Assembly (NCBI GenBank): GCA_051942205.1
Contig: JAVECO010000114.1
Span: 1 to 64,000 of the forward strand
Length of the DNA stretch: 64,000 nt
DNA from: Coniocarpon cinnabarinum
Lineage: Eukaryota
Reading direction: 5' to 3'
The notes under the pieces are model-generated. The model searched no databases. It was given only the letters and a program-made list of their open reading frames with translations, and was not told the origin of the DNA. Each line of letters begins with the position of its first letter. Positions within the stretch are counted from its first letter, which is position 1. The position numbers were made by a program, and so were the translations under genes. Shown piece by piece: positions 13,601-25,790 of this stretch.

Positions 13601-15609
13601 AAAGTCGCAAGAGGTGAGGGCACTGAAGCTGGGTAGACGCTTGCAGCGCCTTCATGTAGCGCCACCTTAAGACATTCGACAATCGCGATAAATCGATGTT
13701 CGTTCTGAGTGTCCGTGCTGGCATCTATCGCAATTTGACATAGATCCTCGATCACCGGCAGTTCCGGCTCGGGACTTATGCAGTGCAGTATATCCAGCAA
13801 AAGATCGTCCACGTCCGGCGACCCAAGCGCGTCTCCGGTGTCATGCGCAGCACACAAGGCTCTCAACGCGTGTCTCCGCACGTTTGTAGAGCGATCATAG
13901 TCTTTGAACACAAATGTCATGAGCGCTCGACAGTCTTCACGCCAGCCGGTTTGGAAGGTATAGAGCAGACAATCTGCAAGATAGATGTCGATCAGCATCT
14001 CGGCTTGTGCGTCCTCGAGGTGGGCTACGACGCGCATGAGTAGTCGCATGACTTGCAGCCGCTCCTCTGCATTGACCTCGTCGGAAATTGAGACAAGCGC
14101 CTCTGCTACTTGACGTGTCACACTGAAAGGATTCTCTTCGGTCTGCGAGCTTTCACGGCTAGCAGGAGATGATCGACCGAGCTCTCCGAGGGCAAAAAAG
14201 GTCCGGTAATTTTGCGATCTCGAGGCGTCCGTACCTGCGCATCGTATGACTATGGCTTCAATGTTTGCCCAGATTTTGTCATTGAATATAATTGACGTCG
14301 CGTCATCGCCGCTGCAAAGCTGAAGCACAAGCTTCATTGTGTCCACATCGAGTTTAGGTGAAGCAATCTCTAGCGACTGACGACACGCTGAAACGAGTTT
14401 GGGCATAATAGTCTCCGGCGGTCTGGCGACATCTTCTGACGATTGAAGAATGGTAGTAACGAGCTGGCAAGCACCCCTAGTGATGCCTTCGGTACTACGC
14501 ACGGACCCGCGATCAGGCGCCCCCTTCAGAAGTAAGATCAGATGGTGAATTGTTGCCGGTCCCAGGTGCGACCCGAGGAGGTGTGTCACGGTACGCCAAG
14601 CTGTCGACTTCAAGTCTGGAACGGACGAGAAAGTAGCGCACAAAATTTCGATGCAAGAGGGAAGACTCATATCAGGCAAGCAAGAATAAGTCGTGAGTGC
14701 GTCAATGATACTGATGGTCTTCTCGAGATCGACCATTTCCGTCGTCTGCTTCGCCATTGGAATGAAGATGCTAATGAATTGATCATGATCGACTGCCGAA
14801 AATGACTTGGAGTTGTATTTGAGGACGTCAAGAACATAGTCGTAAGTTTGGTATAGGTTTATCTCTTCATTTTTGATAGCATGCCCATGCTTTTTACGAT
14901 TGCGGCGAGCGGCGTGTGCGATGGAGAACGTGTGGTGAAGCAGACGCTTTAGGAATTCTAGAAAGCCGAGCCCCACATCCGAGAGGTGTCTTCCATCGTC
15001 GGTGAGAACGCGTAGGATTTTCAAGCGCATGCTTAGGAACTGTGGGTCGCCAATCGGGGATATCGATTGGAAAAACAGTTTTGTTTCAACGGGGCTCAGT
15101 TCTTTATGGGTGACACACGCATTGAGAAGCTCGTACCCGGCGAGCACTGCCTTTGGAGCATGATCAAGCTCGAGTAGGTGCTTTCCGCTGGTCCATATCG
15201 CAACGACGTCGGCACCTGTGTACTGCGACAACAGTTTGGTGATCGCATTGGCCGCGCTTATACGCTGGGTAACTGATTTATCAGGCCGCAGGTCTCCGAG
15301 CAGACTGCGCAAACCCGGCGGCCCAGAGGACCGCGCGTGTCTTGCAGCATCTTCAGCGCGGAGGTCGCCAGCTGCTTTCAAAGCGCCTGCAGCTTCACCG
15401 TCAAGGGATAGCTCACTCAATGTACGGTTGGACGATAAATCGAACGGGTTCGATGTTGTTGAGACAGGCGGAGTGGCTGAGGGAGTGGCGCCGAGGCCGG
15501 ACGAGGAGGGATGTCGAGATTTGGATCCAGTCAAGGACTTGAATGCAGCAAGGAGAGAAGAAGACGAGTCCTTGTTGCGTGGCGTTTGAGGGTCCCTTTC
15601 GGAGGTCAT
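10678..15609 (-). CDS. TSC2: Tuberin, Rheb GTPase-activating protein (~1643 aa)
   Basis: Single long ORF with a C-terminal Rap-GAP domain (HKVGIIYVSEGQ, VFHVTTMMP, KKRHVGNDFVNIIFN, WRSRLQEI) and a tuberin region (RRPTG). The start is taken at MTSERDPQTP. Confidence 0.93.
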   Translation of the reverse strand: MTSERDPQTPRNKDSSSSLLAAFKSLTGSKSRHPSSSGLGATPSATPPVSTTSNPFDLSSNRTLSELSLDGEAAGALKAAGDLRAEDAARHARSSGPPGLRSLLGDLRPDKSVTQRISAANAITKLLSQYTGADVVAIWTSGKHLLELDHAPKAVLAGYELLNACVTHKELSPVETKLFFQSISPIGDPQFLSMRLKILRVLTDDGRHLSDVGLGFLEFLKRLLHHTFSIAHAARRNRKKHGHAIKNEEINLYQTYDYVLDVLKYNSKSFSAVDHDQFISIFIPMAKQTTEMVDLEKTISIIDALTTYSCLPDMSLPSCIEILCATFSSVPDLKSTAWRTVTHLLGSHLGPATIHHLILLLKGAPDRGSVRSTEGITRGACQLVTTILQSSEDVARPPETIMPKLVSACRQSLEIASPKLDVDTMKLVLQLCSGDDATSIIFNDKIWANIEAIVIRCAGTDASRSQNYRTFFALGELGRSSPASRESSQTEENPFSVTRQVAEALVSISDEVNAEERLQVMRLLMRVVAHLEDAQAEMLIDIYLADCLLYTFQTGWREDCRALMTFVFKDYDRSTNVRRHALRALCAAHDTGDALGSPDVDDLLLDILHCISPEPELPVIEDLCQIAIDASTDTQNEHRFIAIVECLKVALHEGAASVYPASVPSPLATFAQRAGYHAERAVDGLSTSIARAIVKIFLRTMNVSDWKAKLLYDEMLTVARSSRYPAEARIIVLKLLFRLRAETNHSIFVVSATECEGIAALLCRTADTAAEHSNVKDSPILRPSRIEDQFARRSNPSAAPRSLNRNVAAQARLSPTTSRMHRPTPPLWLYPGPKGLPEEPPGMASRVLSSKRKQADSDEKGNGRTVLRIGAWLELLLEILQQDELEWEVYSYSLVHLGAQLTNHALFVEAIPQVQMLRSVICSQLANKNFHEPPPFTGLQRSDAAICLYHILTMLVSYRQYSSKNQEDDLVKMFINGISSRERTSEICIHALSVACHELPGSLTKMLDNTLQRMAQTINQPLLAVHVLEFLASLSRLPELIKNFREEEFKIVFTICLNYLQQARETRIKGTERWSLRESISTSRPNSVAKDSGIGSRPTSVVTSAVAEDVPQYVHALTYHVLIFWFMSLKLQDRNRYIGWISEKLTYRDSNGREVMEEQGQVTIDMMQRVAFSDRDETAPDPLFANENDGLRTTKSWVVGKSIVTIETAGRTGFSQIVRRRPTGTTFSTFRPTIVKPPRHQAPITIGTAAESFYTDEYVGILPEHVFQEFYAFQDYLSTPFSIELPQEDAVTRAINSFDRISPLDGHKVGIIYVSEGQRNETEILSNIMGSADYTSFLGRIGTLINLRDAKLNTQGLDRGDTETDGKFTFAWRDRVTELVFHVTTMMPNHEHDKERTLKKRHVGNDFVNIIFNNSGMTWNIDTIPSDFNSVNIVVAPEARSSFVETRLQAAAVDEDVDVEGASRPTTPDAEACTHIGDSYGSVYYKVTVLTKPGIPALSPAHTTKIVSGASLPDFVRLLALNASSFAQMWANRESAGGTGEHPSSWRSRLQEIAKLRARYGPQEGVLEPPRSSAGTSSQPSSATAAMPPPPLKTLSVQSTASSIAARDSVVFRRQSKPNIFGGTGADAIDMERSSSAGSSTRN

Positions 15610-16134
15610 TTGAAGACCAGCAATGGCCAAGCTCCCATGCCCTCCGCAAGGATTCCCGAGACAAAACCAAAGTCCGTCATGAGCATGCAGAAGTTTGCGC
15701 AATTACAAGAAGAGCGCACAGGGATTCCAAAGGGTGGGCAGTAAGTGGAGCAGTCTAGTGCGGCAGATGGGTGTCGACTGTAGAGACCGGACACAGACAA
15801 TGTATAGCGACAACAACGACCTTGCGCATGAGGACTGGAGGAGCTGAGCGACAACGATCGACACAGTGAGATTGGGGAGGGGGAGGTCGGTCGCGGAAGG
15901 GAAGGGTTGTGAGGTTGAAGCTCGTGCGCGCAACTAGTTGAGGTCTGAGAGGTTCTCATGGATCGTTGGTACGCTAAGCCTTACGTCTTTTTCGATTGTC
16001 CAATAGCGAGAGCCTTGGGCGGCTTTGGTTCCGCACTTCATGTTTACAATGTCAACGTTCAATATCAATTTGCCAATAAGACCTTGCGCTGGAAGTGACT
16101 GTGTCTGAAGACGGCGTGGTGCTTGCCTTCAAGT

Positions 16135-19064
16135 ATGGCGGACCTGCAAGCCTTTGTTGGCCTTCTGCAGCAAAGTCTCGATCCTCAGCAACATCGTCAA
16201 GGCACGTAGAGCACTTCCTAGCACGTCGCGTGCCAGACTGACTTGCTGCAGCGGAGCAACAAATACAGCAAGCTGAGGCCAGTCCCGGATTCGCCATTGC
16301 ACTCCTGCAAATCGTCAGCAACGATCAGTTTCCGCAAACAAGCCGACTCGCAGCTGCGCTGTACTTTAAGAATCTTGTCAAGCGAAGATGGGCAGACGCC
16401 GACGGAAATCACCTACTCCCCCAAGAAGAGGTCACCCAGATCAAACGCGACATTGTTGGACTGATGATTTCATGTCCGCCCAACATCCAATCGCAACTCG
16501 GAGAAGCTGTAAGCATCATCGCGGATGTGGATTTCCACACAAGGTGGGACACCTTGATCGATGATCTTGTGTCGCGTCTCTCGCCGGAGAACCCAATAAT
16601 CACAGACGGTGTGTTGAAGGTGTCACATTCCATCTTCAAACGCTGGCGGCCACTTCTGAGAAGCGATGAGCTCTTTACAGAGATCTTGCACGTACTCGAA
16701 CGCTTTACGAACCCGTTCCTCAACTTGATCCTGACCACGGACAACCTCGTGTCGCAGAATCAGTCCAATAAAGTGCTTCTCCAACAACACATGGCCGTAT
16801 TAAATACGTCAGTGAAGGTGTTGCACGATTTGACGTGCCAAGATATGCCTGATGCTATCGTCGGCCAGCTAGACGTCATAGTCGCGTTGATGGACAAATA
16901 TCTCAAATATGACAACAACCTGCTTTCTCAAGAGGATGAAGCGGGTCTTGAAGAATACGTCAAGGCTGCGATTTTTGGCCTTCTGACTCTATGGACCACT
17001 AAATACGAAGAAGACCTTCGCAAACACATTGGTGGACTTACAGGGACTTCGTGGAATTTACTTACATCGCTCGCCCAGGATACGAAGTACGATATTCTCG
17101 CCAGTCGTGGAATGAACTTCTTGACATCAGTGGCGGGATCTCCTAACAATGCATCGACTTTCAGCAATGAAGACGCTCTCAAGCAGATCATTGAGAAAGT
17201 AGTCCTTCCCAACATCACGCTACGAGAGGCTGATGAGGAGCTCTTCGAAGATGAACCTATTGAGTATATTCGACGGGATCTTGAGGGAGCAGACAGTGAC
17301 ACCCGCCGAAGAGCAGCGACGGATTTACTGCGGAGACTCATGCAGTCTTTCCCCGATGTTGTGACCAGATTAACGATGCATTACGTTGAGAGCGCTTTGC
17401 AGTCCTATGCGTCAGATCATAAGAGCAGATGGAAGTCAAAAGACACGGCGATCTATCTCTTCTGCGCCATTGCGGCCGTAGGGACTGTAACGCAGGCATC
17501 AGGTGTACAGAACACTAATGAACGTGTCAATGTCATCTCTTTCTTCTCTGAACACATTGCAGTGGATCTGACCACGGAGCCCTCTCACGCCATCTTACAG
17601 GTGGATGCCATCAAGTTCCTCTACACTTTTCGCAAGCAACTGACGCAGCAGCAATGGCAACAAGCTTTACCTTTGGTGGTGCAACGTCTTGCGTCCTCAA
17701 ATTACGTTGTCCACACTTACTCAGCCATTGCAATAGAACGCACGTTATTCCTCACCGACGACAACAAACAGCCGAAGATTCCTAGAGCTACTGTCTCGCC
17801 GCTGGCCAAGGACATTCTCACGCAACTATTCAAGTTGATTTCGGCATCCAGTGCTCCAGAAAAAGTACAAGAGAACGAATTCCTCATTCGCTGCGTAATG
17901 CGGGTGCTCGTGGTGATCCGTGAGGACGTCGTTTCCCTTGCAGATTTTCTGACCACCTCATTCACAAACATCATGCGAGTCATCAGACACAACCCATCCA
18001 ACCCGCGCTTCTACTACTACCTTTTCGAATCAATCGGGGCTCTCATACGGTTCGCCGGCCCATCACAGCCCGACAAGCTCGAAAACGCGTTCTTCGACCC
18101 CTTCATGCTTGTCTTAACTGACAACGTATACGAATTTATACCCTACGCCTTCCAACTCTTCGCTGCGCTCCTCGAAGCAAACCCAACCGCTCCTATATCA
18201 GACAATTTCACCAAGCTCATCCAACCCGTCCTTTCAGCGCAACTCTGGGAGACTCGTGGCAATACTCCGGCACTGGCTCGTCTTCTCGTGGCGCTCATAT
18301 CCCGCGGCTCGACTCACATCCTCCAAAATAACCAGCTTCAACCGATCCTCGGTCTTTTCCAACTTTTGATCTCATCCAAGTCCTACGAATCGCTCGGCTT
18401 TGACGTCCTTGACGCGCTCATCCTCCACATCCCCAACGAAAATATGCAAGAATACTACCAAACCATCTTCTCACTGATCTTCTCTCGCCTCTCGAACTCC
18501 AGAACAGAAAATCTTGCGCGCTGCTTCGTCCGCCTCTACCATTCCATGTCAATACGGAATTCGCCTCAACAGGGCCTTGGCGCCGACGCCATCGAGTCCT
18601 ACGCCAACGCCGCACAAGAAGGTTCCTTCACGCCCATGTACCTCCAAGTCGTCCTGCCAGACAGTCAAAAGCTGACTCGCCCCGTCGACCGCAAGACGGC
18701 CATCGTCTCATTCACCAAGACGCTGGCGGACTCCTGCGTCTTCGCAGAGAAATACGCCAAAGGCTGGGGCTTCACTGCGGAGGCTCTCCTCAAACTCATG
18801 ACTGAAGCACCCGTTGTGACGCGAGATGGCGAGGAAGCCATTGTGGAACAGGACACGGAGGATGTGGGCTTCGGTGTGGGGTTTACGGCGCTCAGTACAT
18901 GTCGACGACCCCCGCTTGATCCGTGTCCTGATGTCCAAGATGTGCGGGGATGGACGAGAGAGTACCTCACGGCTGCTGCTGTGAATAATCCGAAGATTCA
19001 GGGGTATATCCAGGAGAGACTGAATGATCAGACGAGGAATGGGCTGGCGCAATTGATGCAGTAA
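16135..19064 (+). CDS. CSE1: Importin-alpha re-exporter / exportin-2 (~959 aa)
   Basis: Exon 1 (16135-16201, MADLQAFVGLLQQSLDPQQHRQ) joins exon 2 (16252-19064) across a GC-AG intron. IBN_N motif RLAAALYFKNLVKRRW; also ELFEDEPIEYIRRDLEGADSDTRRRAA and NPSNPRFYYYLFES. Confidence 0.93.
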
Positions 19065-19579
19065 GAGCGGAGCATTGCTTGATCTGACTCTCGCGAGCGG
19101 CCATGCAGCTTGAGTTGATTCTGCTGCAGCATCAGTAGGTCGCACAGCGGGTCAACAGGCGTCCATTCAGCCGTTTCAAAGTCAGCGCCCACAACATCGC
19201 AGCTTCATCGCTCGAATCGAACACCTCTTTGAGTACGACATGGATATACCGCTATCGTGAACGAAGCCACATCCAAGACGTCGTCACGTCATCGCCTAGA
19301 ATTCAATGCCATCGACTCGCCCACTCCACCATCTATCGCTCTCGATGCACCATCTTGGACACTACGGACCGATTGTACCACACGTACACAACACTGTGAA
19401 ACATGCCCCATGTTCTGCTTTGGAATCAACGATACCCGAAAGCGAATACCTACAACACGGTACGATGCACCCTCTTGCACCCTAGATAACAACAATGTAT
19501 AGATATCGAACACACTGAGCCAACACAAAAGTGAATGAGAAGTTTTTAGGCAATTGCGACTTATCATGTACTTGAATTT

Positions 19580-21160
19580 CTATACACTCGCTCGCCGTGA
19601 TGCAGCTGCACCCCTCTGCTCCTCATCCACCAAATCAATTAAACCACGTCCCTCATCCACCCCACCCTTTCCTGCAGCATTCTCACCCCTCTCCACTTCA
19701 TGCCGCCTTGTTCTATCATCATCTTCGCCGACATCTCCCTTTTCTCTCTTCCCATCCTGCACACCCCTCCATTCCCAGAACCCCACCAAGATGCCAAGAT
19801 CATAGCATACCTTCAATGCCCCAGCCAGCACAAAACTCACCCATAGCAGATCTCTTCCTTTCAACACGCCGCTCACATACGGCCCCGCACTCTGCGCCAC
19901 CGTCTTGACCACATTCGTAAGTCCCATGACCGCCGTCCTCTCCTGTGGCTCCAGCAACGTCGCTAGAAACGCCTGTCGAGGCGGCGTGTCCATCGTGCAC
20001 ATCGCGCTCCTGAGCACCAGGAACAACATTGCTAACCATGCCATTTCTTTGCCTGGGACAGGTATCAGCGCCAAGGCTACGTTGCGGGGGAGATGCGTAA
20101 ACACCATGGTGTAGACGAGGCCAGCGCGGCGGGCGATGGAAGCGGAGACGAGGTTCGATGTGGCGCCAATCAGGTTCGCGGTAAAGAAGAGCGTGCCGAG
20201 GGTGGAGTGGGAGAGGGAGTATTTGTCGTGGAAGAAAGGACTGAGCCAGGAGAGGGGGACGAGGCCGGCGGCGAAGTTGTCAAGGGCGAAGAGGGGGAGG
20301 AGTTTGGTCATGTGGCGGCGGGATTGAGAGGAGATGTTGGGGAGGAGAGTGCTATGTTTGGCCTCTTTCGTGTGAGTAGTGAAGGACATGTCCGAAGTGG
20401 ATGTGGATTGCAGAAGAGGCTGGCGCTCCGAAGAATCAGAAACAGCGTTGTCCGTGGCTTCGTCTGTTGCGTTGGGTCTGTCGTCCTTGTCACTCTTGTT
20501 GAGCTCGATACGTTGACTGAGGCAGACTGCAAAGAGCAACTTGGCGACGCCCAAGCCCGCATACAACCAAAACAATCGGCGATAAGCTTCCAACGTCGTA
20601 TAGTCGTAATTATGCATCAACACATGCACCAAACTCCCGGAAAGGGCGGTTCCCAAAGCCGCTCCCAGGGTTCCGGCGAGCATGTACCAAGCAAACAAAT
20701 CACTTCTGGAGTTCGGAACACCCGTTGGCGCCAAAGATGAAAGAATAGACTCTTCAATCGCCCTAAATGGCCCAATCTCGTTCCCACTAGGACTGACGAC
20801 GCCCAGAATCGCAGCTGCAAGTAAAATCCAGTAGTTGCGTGCAGTCGCAAAGACCACGCCGCTGAGACAGACAAGGGCAGCGCCGGCGACGAGGACGTTC
20901 TTTCGGCCAATACGGTCGGCGAAGAGGGTGAGAATGAAGCTGATGAGCACATCGCCGAGCATCGTCAATGCCATGAAGAGACCAGTGAGTTGATCGCTGT
21001 AACCCAGCTGCTCGAGATGGAGGGCCAGCACCAAAGCGGCGGCCCCGAAGGCGAACATGCGGGTGAAGCGTTGGAGACATAGAAGCTTGACGTCGAAGGG
21101 GGACTCATACAGAGAGACAAGACCGAGCTCGCCAATGATTCGTTTTGTGAAGGAGGGCAT
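19580..21160 (-). CDS. Major facilitator superfamily transporter (526 aa), substrate unknown
   Basis: About 12 hydrophobic segments, MFS motif A FADRIGRK, and GVVSPSGNEIGPFRAIEES. Confidence 0.88.
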   Translation of the reverse strand: MPSFTKRIIGELGLVSLYESPFDVKLLCLQRFTRMFAFGAAALVLALHLEQLGYSDQLTGLFMALTMLGDVLISFILTLFADRIGRKNVLVAGAALVCLSGVVFATARNYWILLAAAILGVVSPSGNEIGPFRAIEESILSSLAPTGVPNSRSDLFAWYMLAGTLGAALGTALSGSLVHVLMHNYDYTTLEAYRRLFWLYAGLGVAKLLFAVCLSQRIELNKSDKDDRPNATDEATDNAVSDSSERQPLLQSTSTSDMSFTTHTKEAKHSTLLPNISSQSRRHMTKLLPLFALDNFAAGLVPLSWLSPFFHDKYSLSHSTLGTLFFTANLIGATSNLVSASIARRAGLVYTMVFTHLPRNVALALIPVPGKEMAWLAMLFLVLRSAMCTMDTPPRQAFLATLLEPQERTAVMGLTNVVKTVAQSAGPYVSGVLKGRDLLWVSFVLAGALKVCYDLGILVGFWEWRGVQDGKREKGDVGEDDDRTRRHEVERGENAAGKGGVDEGRGLIDLVDEEQRGAAASRRASV

Positions 21161-23973
21161 TATGAATAGATTGGAGACTAAGTGTTTCTTGCTCGATTGA
21201 CAACTTGGCTGGGTCTCCTCTTACGCCGCAATGGAGCAGGGAAATTGCGATGGCTTACACTTTCCATCAAATTTTTGCATAGCCTGAAGTGTGGAGCAAG
21301 TGCTCGTGACAGGTCCATCGTTCCTACCTCGCGCGAAAGACTTCCTAGTCCGAGTCCGAAGATGGCGCTCCCACACTCCCTGTTGAGAAACCACATGACC
21401 ATGCGTGACGGATCTTGATCCGTTGTTCCGTCACAGATCAGGTAGAAATTCGACGGTCCAAACCGCTTATCTAGATATAGATTTCCGAACGCCGGGGCTG
21501 GAAATGATTTATCGCATCTGTGTTGTGACTCGATGTGAAATGACAAAAGAGCACACCACGTGGGTATCTACGCAGATCTCTGCTACCATGCCCCTGTTTC
21601 ATCAGGATCGGGTCGCAGTTCCATGGGTCCCATGGAGCTTGCACCAAACATGAGATAACGATTATAAAGCGACCCGTGTCACACTCGTCTTCTTCCGGCC
21701 CTGCATTTTCTGGTTTTTGCCATAGGTAGCCTCACTTGAGGCTCATCACGCTCTACGCTCGCACAGCTGAACCTACGAGGCGTAGCATCTGAAACCAAAA
21801 CACAACTATACCCTGCACCGACTTACCATGTTGCATCCAGTGAACCTTGCTGGAACGCTGTCCACTCACCTGTATCGTGTGAATTATCGCTGAATAGCAT
21901 TTCCTTTGGCGATTGTTACGACGACCCATGCCTGGACAACGTACAGCATACTACGAGGACGGATACAATGTCCCTAAGTTGAGCTCAAGGGGCAGTTCAC
22001 GCAAACGATCTGATGAAGGCGTTTCCAGGCCTCGTCCTCATATCGTGTGCCGTGCGGCTCACATCCGCCAGCTTTTGCATGGTTTAGAGGCTGGCGGGTT
22101 CCACGGCTCAAATATTTGACAGGCCCATTCGGGGCCTGTTCGGGGAACAGGCATCGAGCATGCCGCCACTGTGCAAGGAGCGGTATCGCCGCATTTTGCC
22201 CTCCTGTATCGAATAGATGGACCCAGTCCAGCATTGCTTCTGCTGCAAGCAGAGGTGGAAAGACCTTAGAACCGTTCCAAAATATCGAGTGATACTCTAT
22301 CGTCTTGGATCCCCGACTCATGAAGTCTGAACAAGTAAGGATTCCTCTCACCTTGAAAGTAGTGGGTATCGATCACACAATAGGTCTGCAACATACCTAC
22401 AGTGGAAATGTTCTATGCCGAATGCCTTCAGTTCCTCAGTGCTTTTCAGGGTTTCCACTGAAAGCATTCCCATGCTATTCGGGGGAAACAAGTGTTTCGA
22501 AGACAACGTCTTCGGGAGAATGCTTGAGGTTCTGCCGGCCACATCGTCTGTTGCTCAATCATGTCCGCACGGCTAGGAACAAGGTACGGGGATTGAAAGC
22601 GCCTCACTATTTGCTTGGTGACCAATTCACATCAGCGCAATGGTCAGTGCCGCTGGACCACTTGTTGGACATCTCAGACAGCTCATTCAGGAAACTTTTT
22701 CACGAAACACACTGGCGCAAGTGGCGCAGACTATATCACAACACTCGCGCACGGTGCCACCATGAGCGCGCACGCTCAGTCATTATACACGCTGATGAAC
22801 CTTTCGCTTCGGAACCAACGAGGATTATCCTGTTCTAGAATCGATCCAGAGCATGACAAGACAGCCTTCACTGTTAGTGTTAGCGCACCCAATGGGAGAG
22901 ATGCAGAAAGGGCGTGAGGGCACGGGGTCGTATAGCGAAGCGTCTAACGGCCCTTGACGTTTTATAAGCTGAGACTGGCAGGTGGAAAAAGCTGGATCGA
23001 TCGGCTTGTAGTCGTGCACGTTGAAGCATGATATACAGCGCGTGCGTCTCGGACTGTTGACGCCTGGGACCGTGGCAAAGGGGTAATCCTCCTCAGTGAC
23101 CTCGCCTCTCCGACCGACTGCTTCGCTGGTGTGATGATGGACTGATGAACGACTTGATGATGAAAAATCTGGCTCTTCAGCGAAAAAGGCGCATATCCCG
23201 CCCACGCAGATAACATGAAACCGGGTTGGCATTCATGATCGAGGGATTGACAGGCGTGACAGCGTGACAGCTCCGTGAATCTCCCGGGCAGTCAGCCTCA
23301 TTTACCACGTCTGCACGGGCAGCGACGGGCGACGTCACGCGACGCAGGCCAGGCTCCTCCCATCACCACACGCGAGTAAGAGCGTCTTTGCCGGGGGACA
23401 GCGGCACGTCGGTATATCTCCAGACAGGCCAAGCGCCGTCATTGGCGTTGGGCATTAATGCCAATGGCGCGCGCCACCCTACCTTTTTGGGGTCTAATGC
23501 CCTAGCTTAAGCACAACTTTGTGGAAAAGGCCCCCTCCCCAGCACGCTGTGGTCCGGAACTCGGGGTAGTCATGGACCTGGCTTTTTCCCTCCCGCTCTT
23601 TCACCTCGCCGTTTGACGTCCTGGCCGGGGTGTTTACTGACCTGTCCAGCATGGCCACGCTGGCTTGAGAGGATCTGTCAAGGCGGCAAGGACGTGTAAC
23701 GCACTGACGTCTGGTCACCACGGCACTTGCATTCAGGTGCAGCCCATCTCGATCCTGCCACCCAACCCGACGCCGCTGATACACTCGCCTCGCACACAGT
23801 GTCTTTCGCGGACCGTCGCCGACGGAAAATATCTCCCAGCCTGCGTCGCCTTTAATGATGTGAGGTCTTCCTGCGAGGCGACTTCGCTCTCAAGAAGTCT
23901 TCCGTCCAGCTTCCCATCTGGGGCTGCTCTGGCGACCTGAACCCCACTTAGCACGCCTGAGTGTACTAGCGAC

Positions 23974-25322
23974 ATGTACTCGCGGTCGGTCAGCCTCATC
24001 GCAGTCAGTGTCGTGCTAGGCTTTCTAGCAACCATTGCTGTTTTCCTCCGATATCTTGCCAGGTATATCAAAGGCCTGAGGATATGGGTTGATGACCATC
24101 TTGTCCTGGCCGGTCTAGTACGTCTTCAGAACGTACTGTAGCGCAACATTGTCTGACCTTCTCTCCTAGACTCTGGCGTGGGGCGTGTGTATCTGCAATG
24201 TTGTCGGGGCCTCTGTCGCTCGGTTCGGCGACCACGCGATCTATGTGAAGTCCGGTCCAGATGCGGGGCGCCCGCTGCCAGAATTGTGGATTTTGTATGG
24301 AAAGGTAAAAGCATCTACTCGTGCAGTCAACCACACTTGCACCATACTGATTGATGTTAGATCTGCTTCGCGTGCCGCCTGTTACACGCGACCGCGATGC
24401 AAGTGCTCAAGATGGCCATGCTCGTCTTTTATCGACGGATATTCGAAGCCGACAGACGGTTCATACCTGTCTTTTGGATCATGGTCGCGTATGTCTCGCT
24501 GTGGTGGCTGGTTTGTTTCTGGCTCAATGTCTTCACCTGTTACCCGATTTCGTGGGCGTGGTCGACTTCCACGCAAATGTCGCAGCACTGTATCCCGCAT
24601 TATCACGTAAGTTCTCAGCACAATGAAGGTGCATCCGCATCTAAACCCGCGCTGACAAGGTGGGAACACAGCTCTTCTTCTCCTACGGCGCTCTGACGAA
24701 TGTCATATCTGACGTGCTGATCACTATTATCCCTCTCCCGTTCTTATGGTCGGTCCGCATGCGTACGTCCAAGAAACTTGCAATCACTGGCATGCTCCTC
24801 ACCGGAGGAGTCGTCATTATTGCAGGGATTGGGCGCACGTATGCGTTCTTCACGGTTCACCTCGTCAAGGACTATACTTACGAAAACTACAACTATCTTG
24901 TCTGGTCATCAGTCGAACCTTGTGTCGGTGTCATTGGATGTTGTCTGCCGACATTGAAGCCGCTTTTCGCAAGACACACGACCAACACCAGCACTAAAAA
25001 ATACCGGTCAAGGTGTACGAATGATAGGTCGTACACCCGAAGAACGCCAAGACGCATGGATAGCATGGACGTGACATTAAGAGACGCTTCTGTAGCGGAG
25101 GAAGGACCCGTTGTGAAGCATCCGTGGCCGTCGCTGTCGGATACTGGCAGTCCTGGAGAGGAGCAAGACGATCCCTCGTATAGCGGCGCGGTTGCGTTGT
25201 TCAACCCAACACCACGACTCGGTACGCTGGCACAGGATGAACATCTTCAAAGTCAATGGCCGACTCAAGAGCTTGCGGGCTACCGGCTGCAAGACATGGC
25301 AGGCATAAACACCGCGCGATGA
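23974..25322 (+). CDS. PTH11-like GPCR / fungal rhodopsin-domain integral membrane protein without a CFEM domain (~391 aa, 4 exons)
   Basis: Introns at 24118-24169, 24305-24360 and 24607-24671 give MYSRSVSLIAVSVVLGFLATIAVFLRYLAR...WVDDHLV...LKMAMLVFYRRIF...FTCYPI...NVISDVLITIIPLPFLW...KKLAI...WSSVEPCVGVIGCCLPTLKPL, the classic PTH11-family pattern. Confidence 0.88.
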
Positions 25323-25790
25323 CACTTGTAAAAGTATTGTATAGAATAGGACGACTGTAATGAATCAGCACTGTCTTAGAGTGTTTCCACAACGTGAAGC
25401 GTTTGTTTTTGACGTCTGAAAATGATCAACGCCGATTGTCTGCGATGACCTTCGCATGGCAACTGGACGATATGATGTTTGAGAGTAGCGCTGCTTTAGC
25501 ATAGCGTGGAGACCTTCGAAATTGTCTACAAAAGTTATCCGTACCTTGCAGAAGCGCTAAAAGTTTAGTGTGTGCCTACGTCAGCCATTGGCTGTGGTCT
25601 AGGTTTGCATGTGATGATTCATGTGATGATGATGAATGTCGCGACCTGCATCTGAACAGATCGTGCCATCCAAGCTGGAATGCGGCATTTTGGACACTGA
25701 AAAATAAGTGGTATAATGGACATGATAGTCGCGAACTCAAAGTCATCTTGAGATAACGACAGGCAACTAAAACCAGCCTTGAAGACAAAA

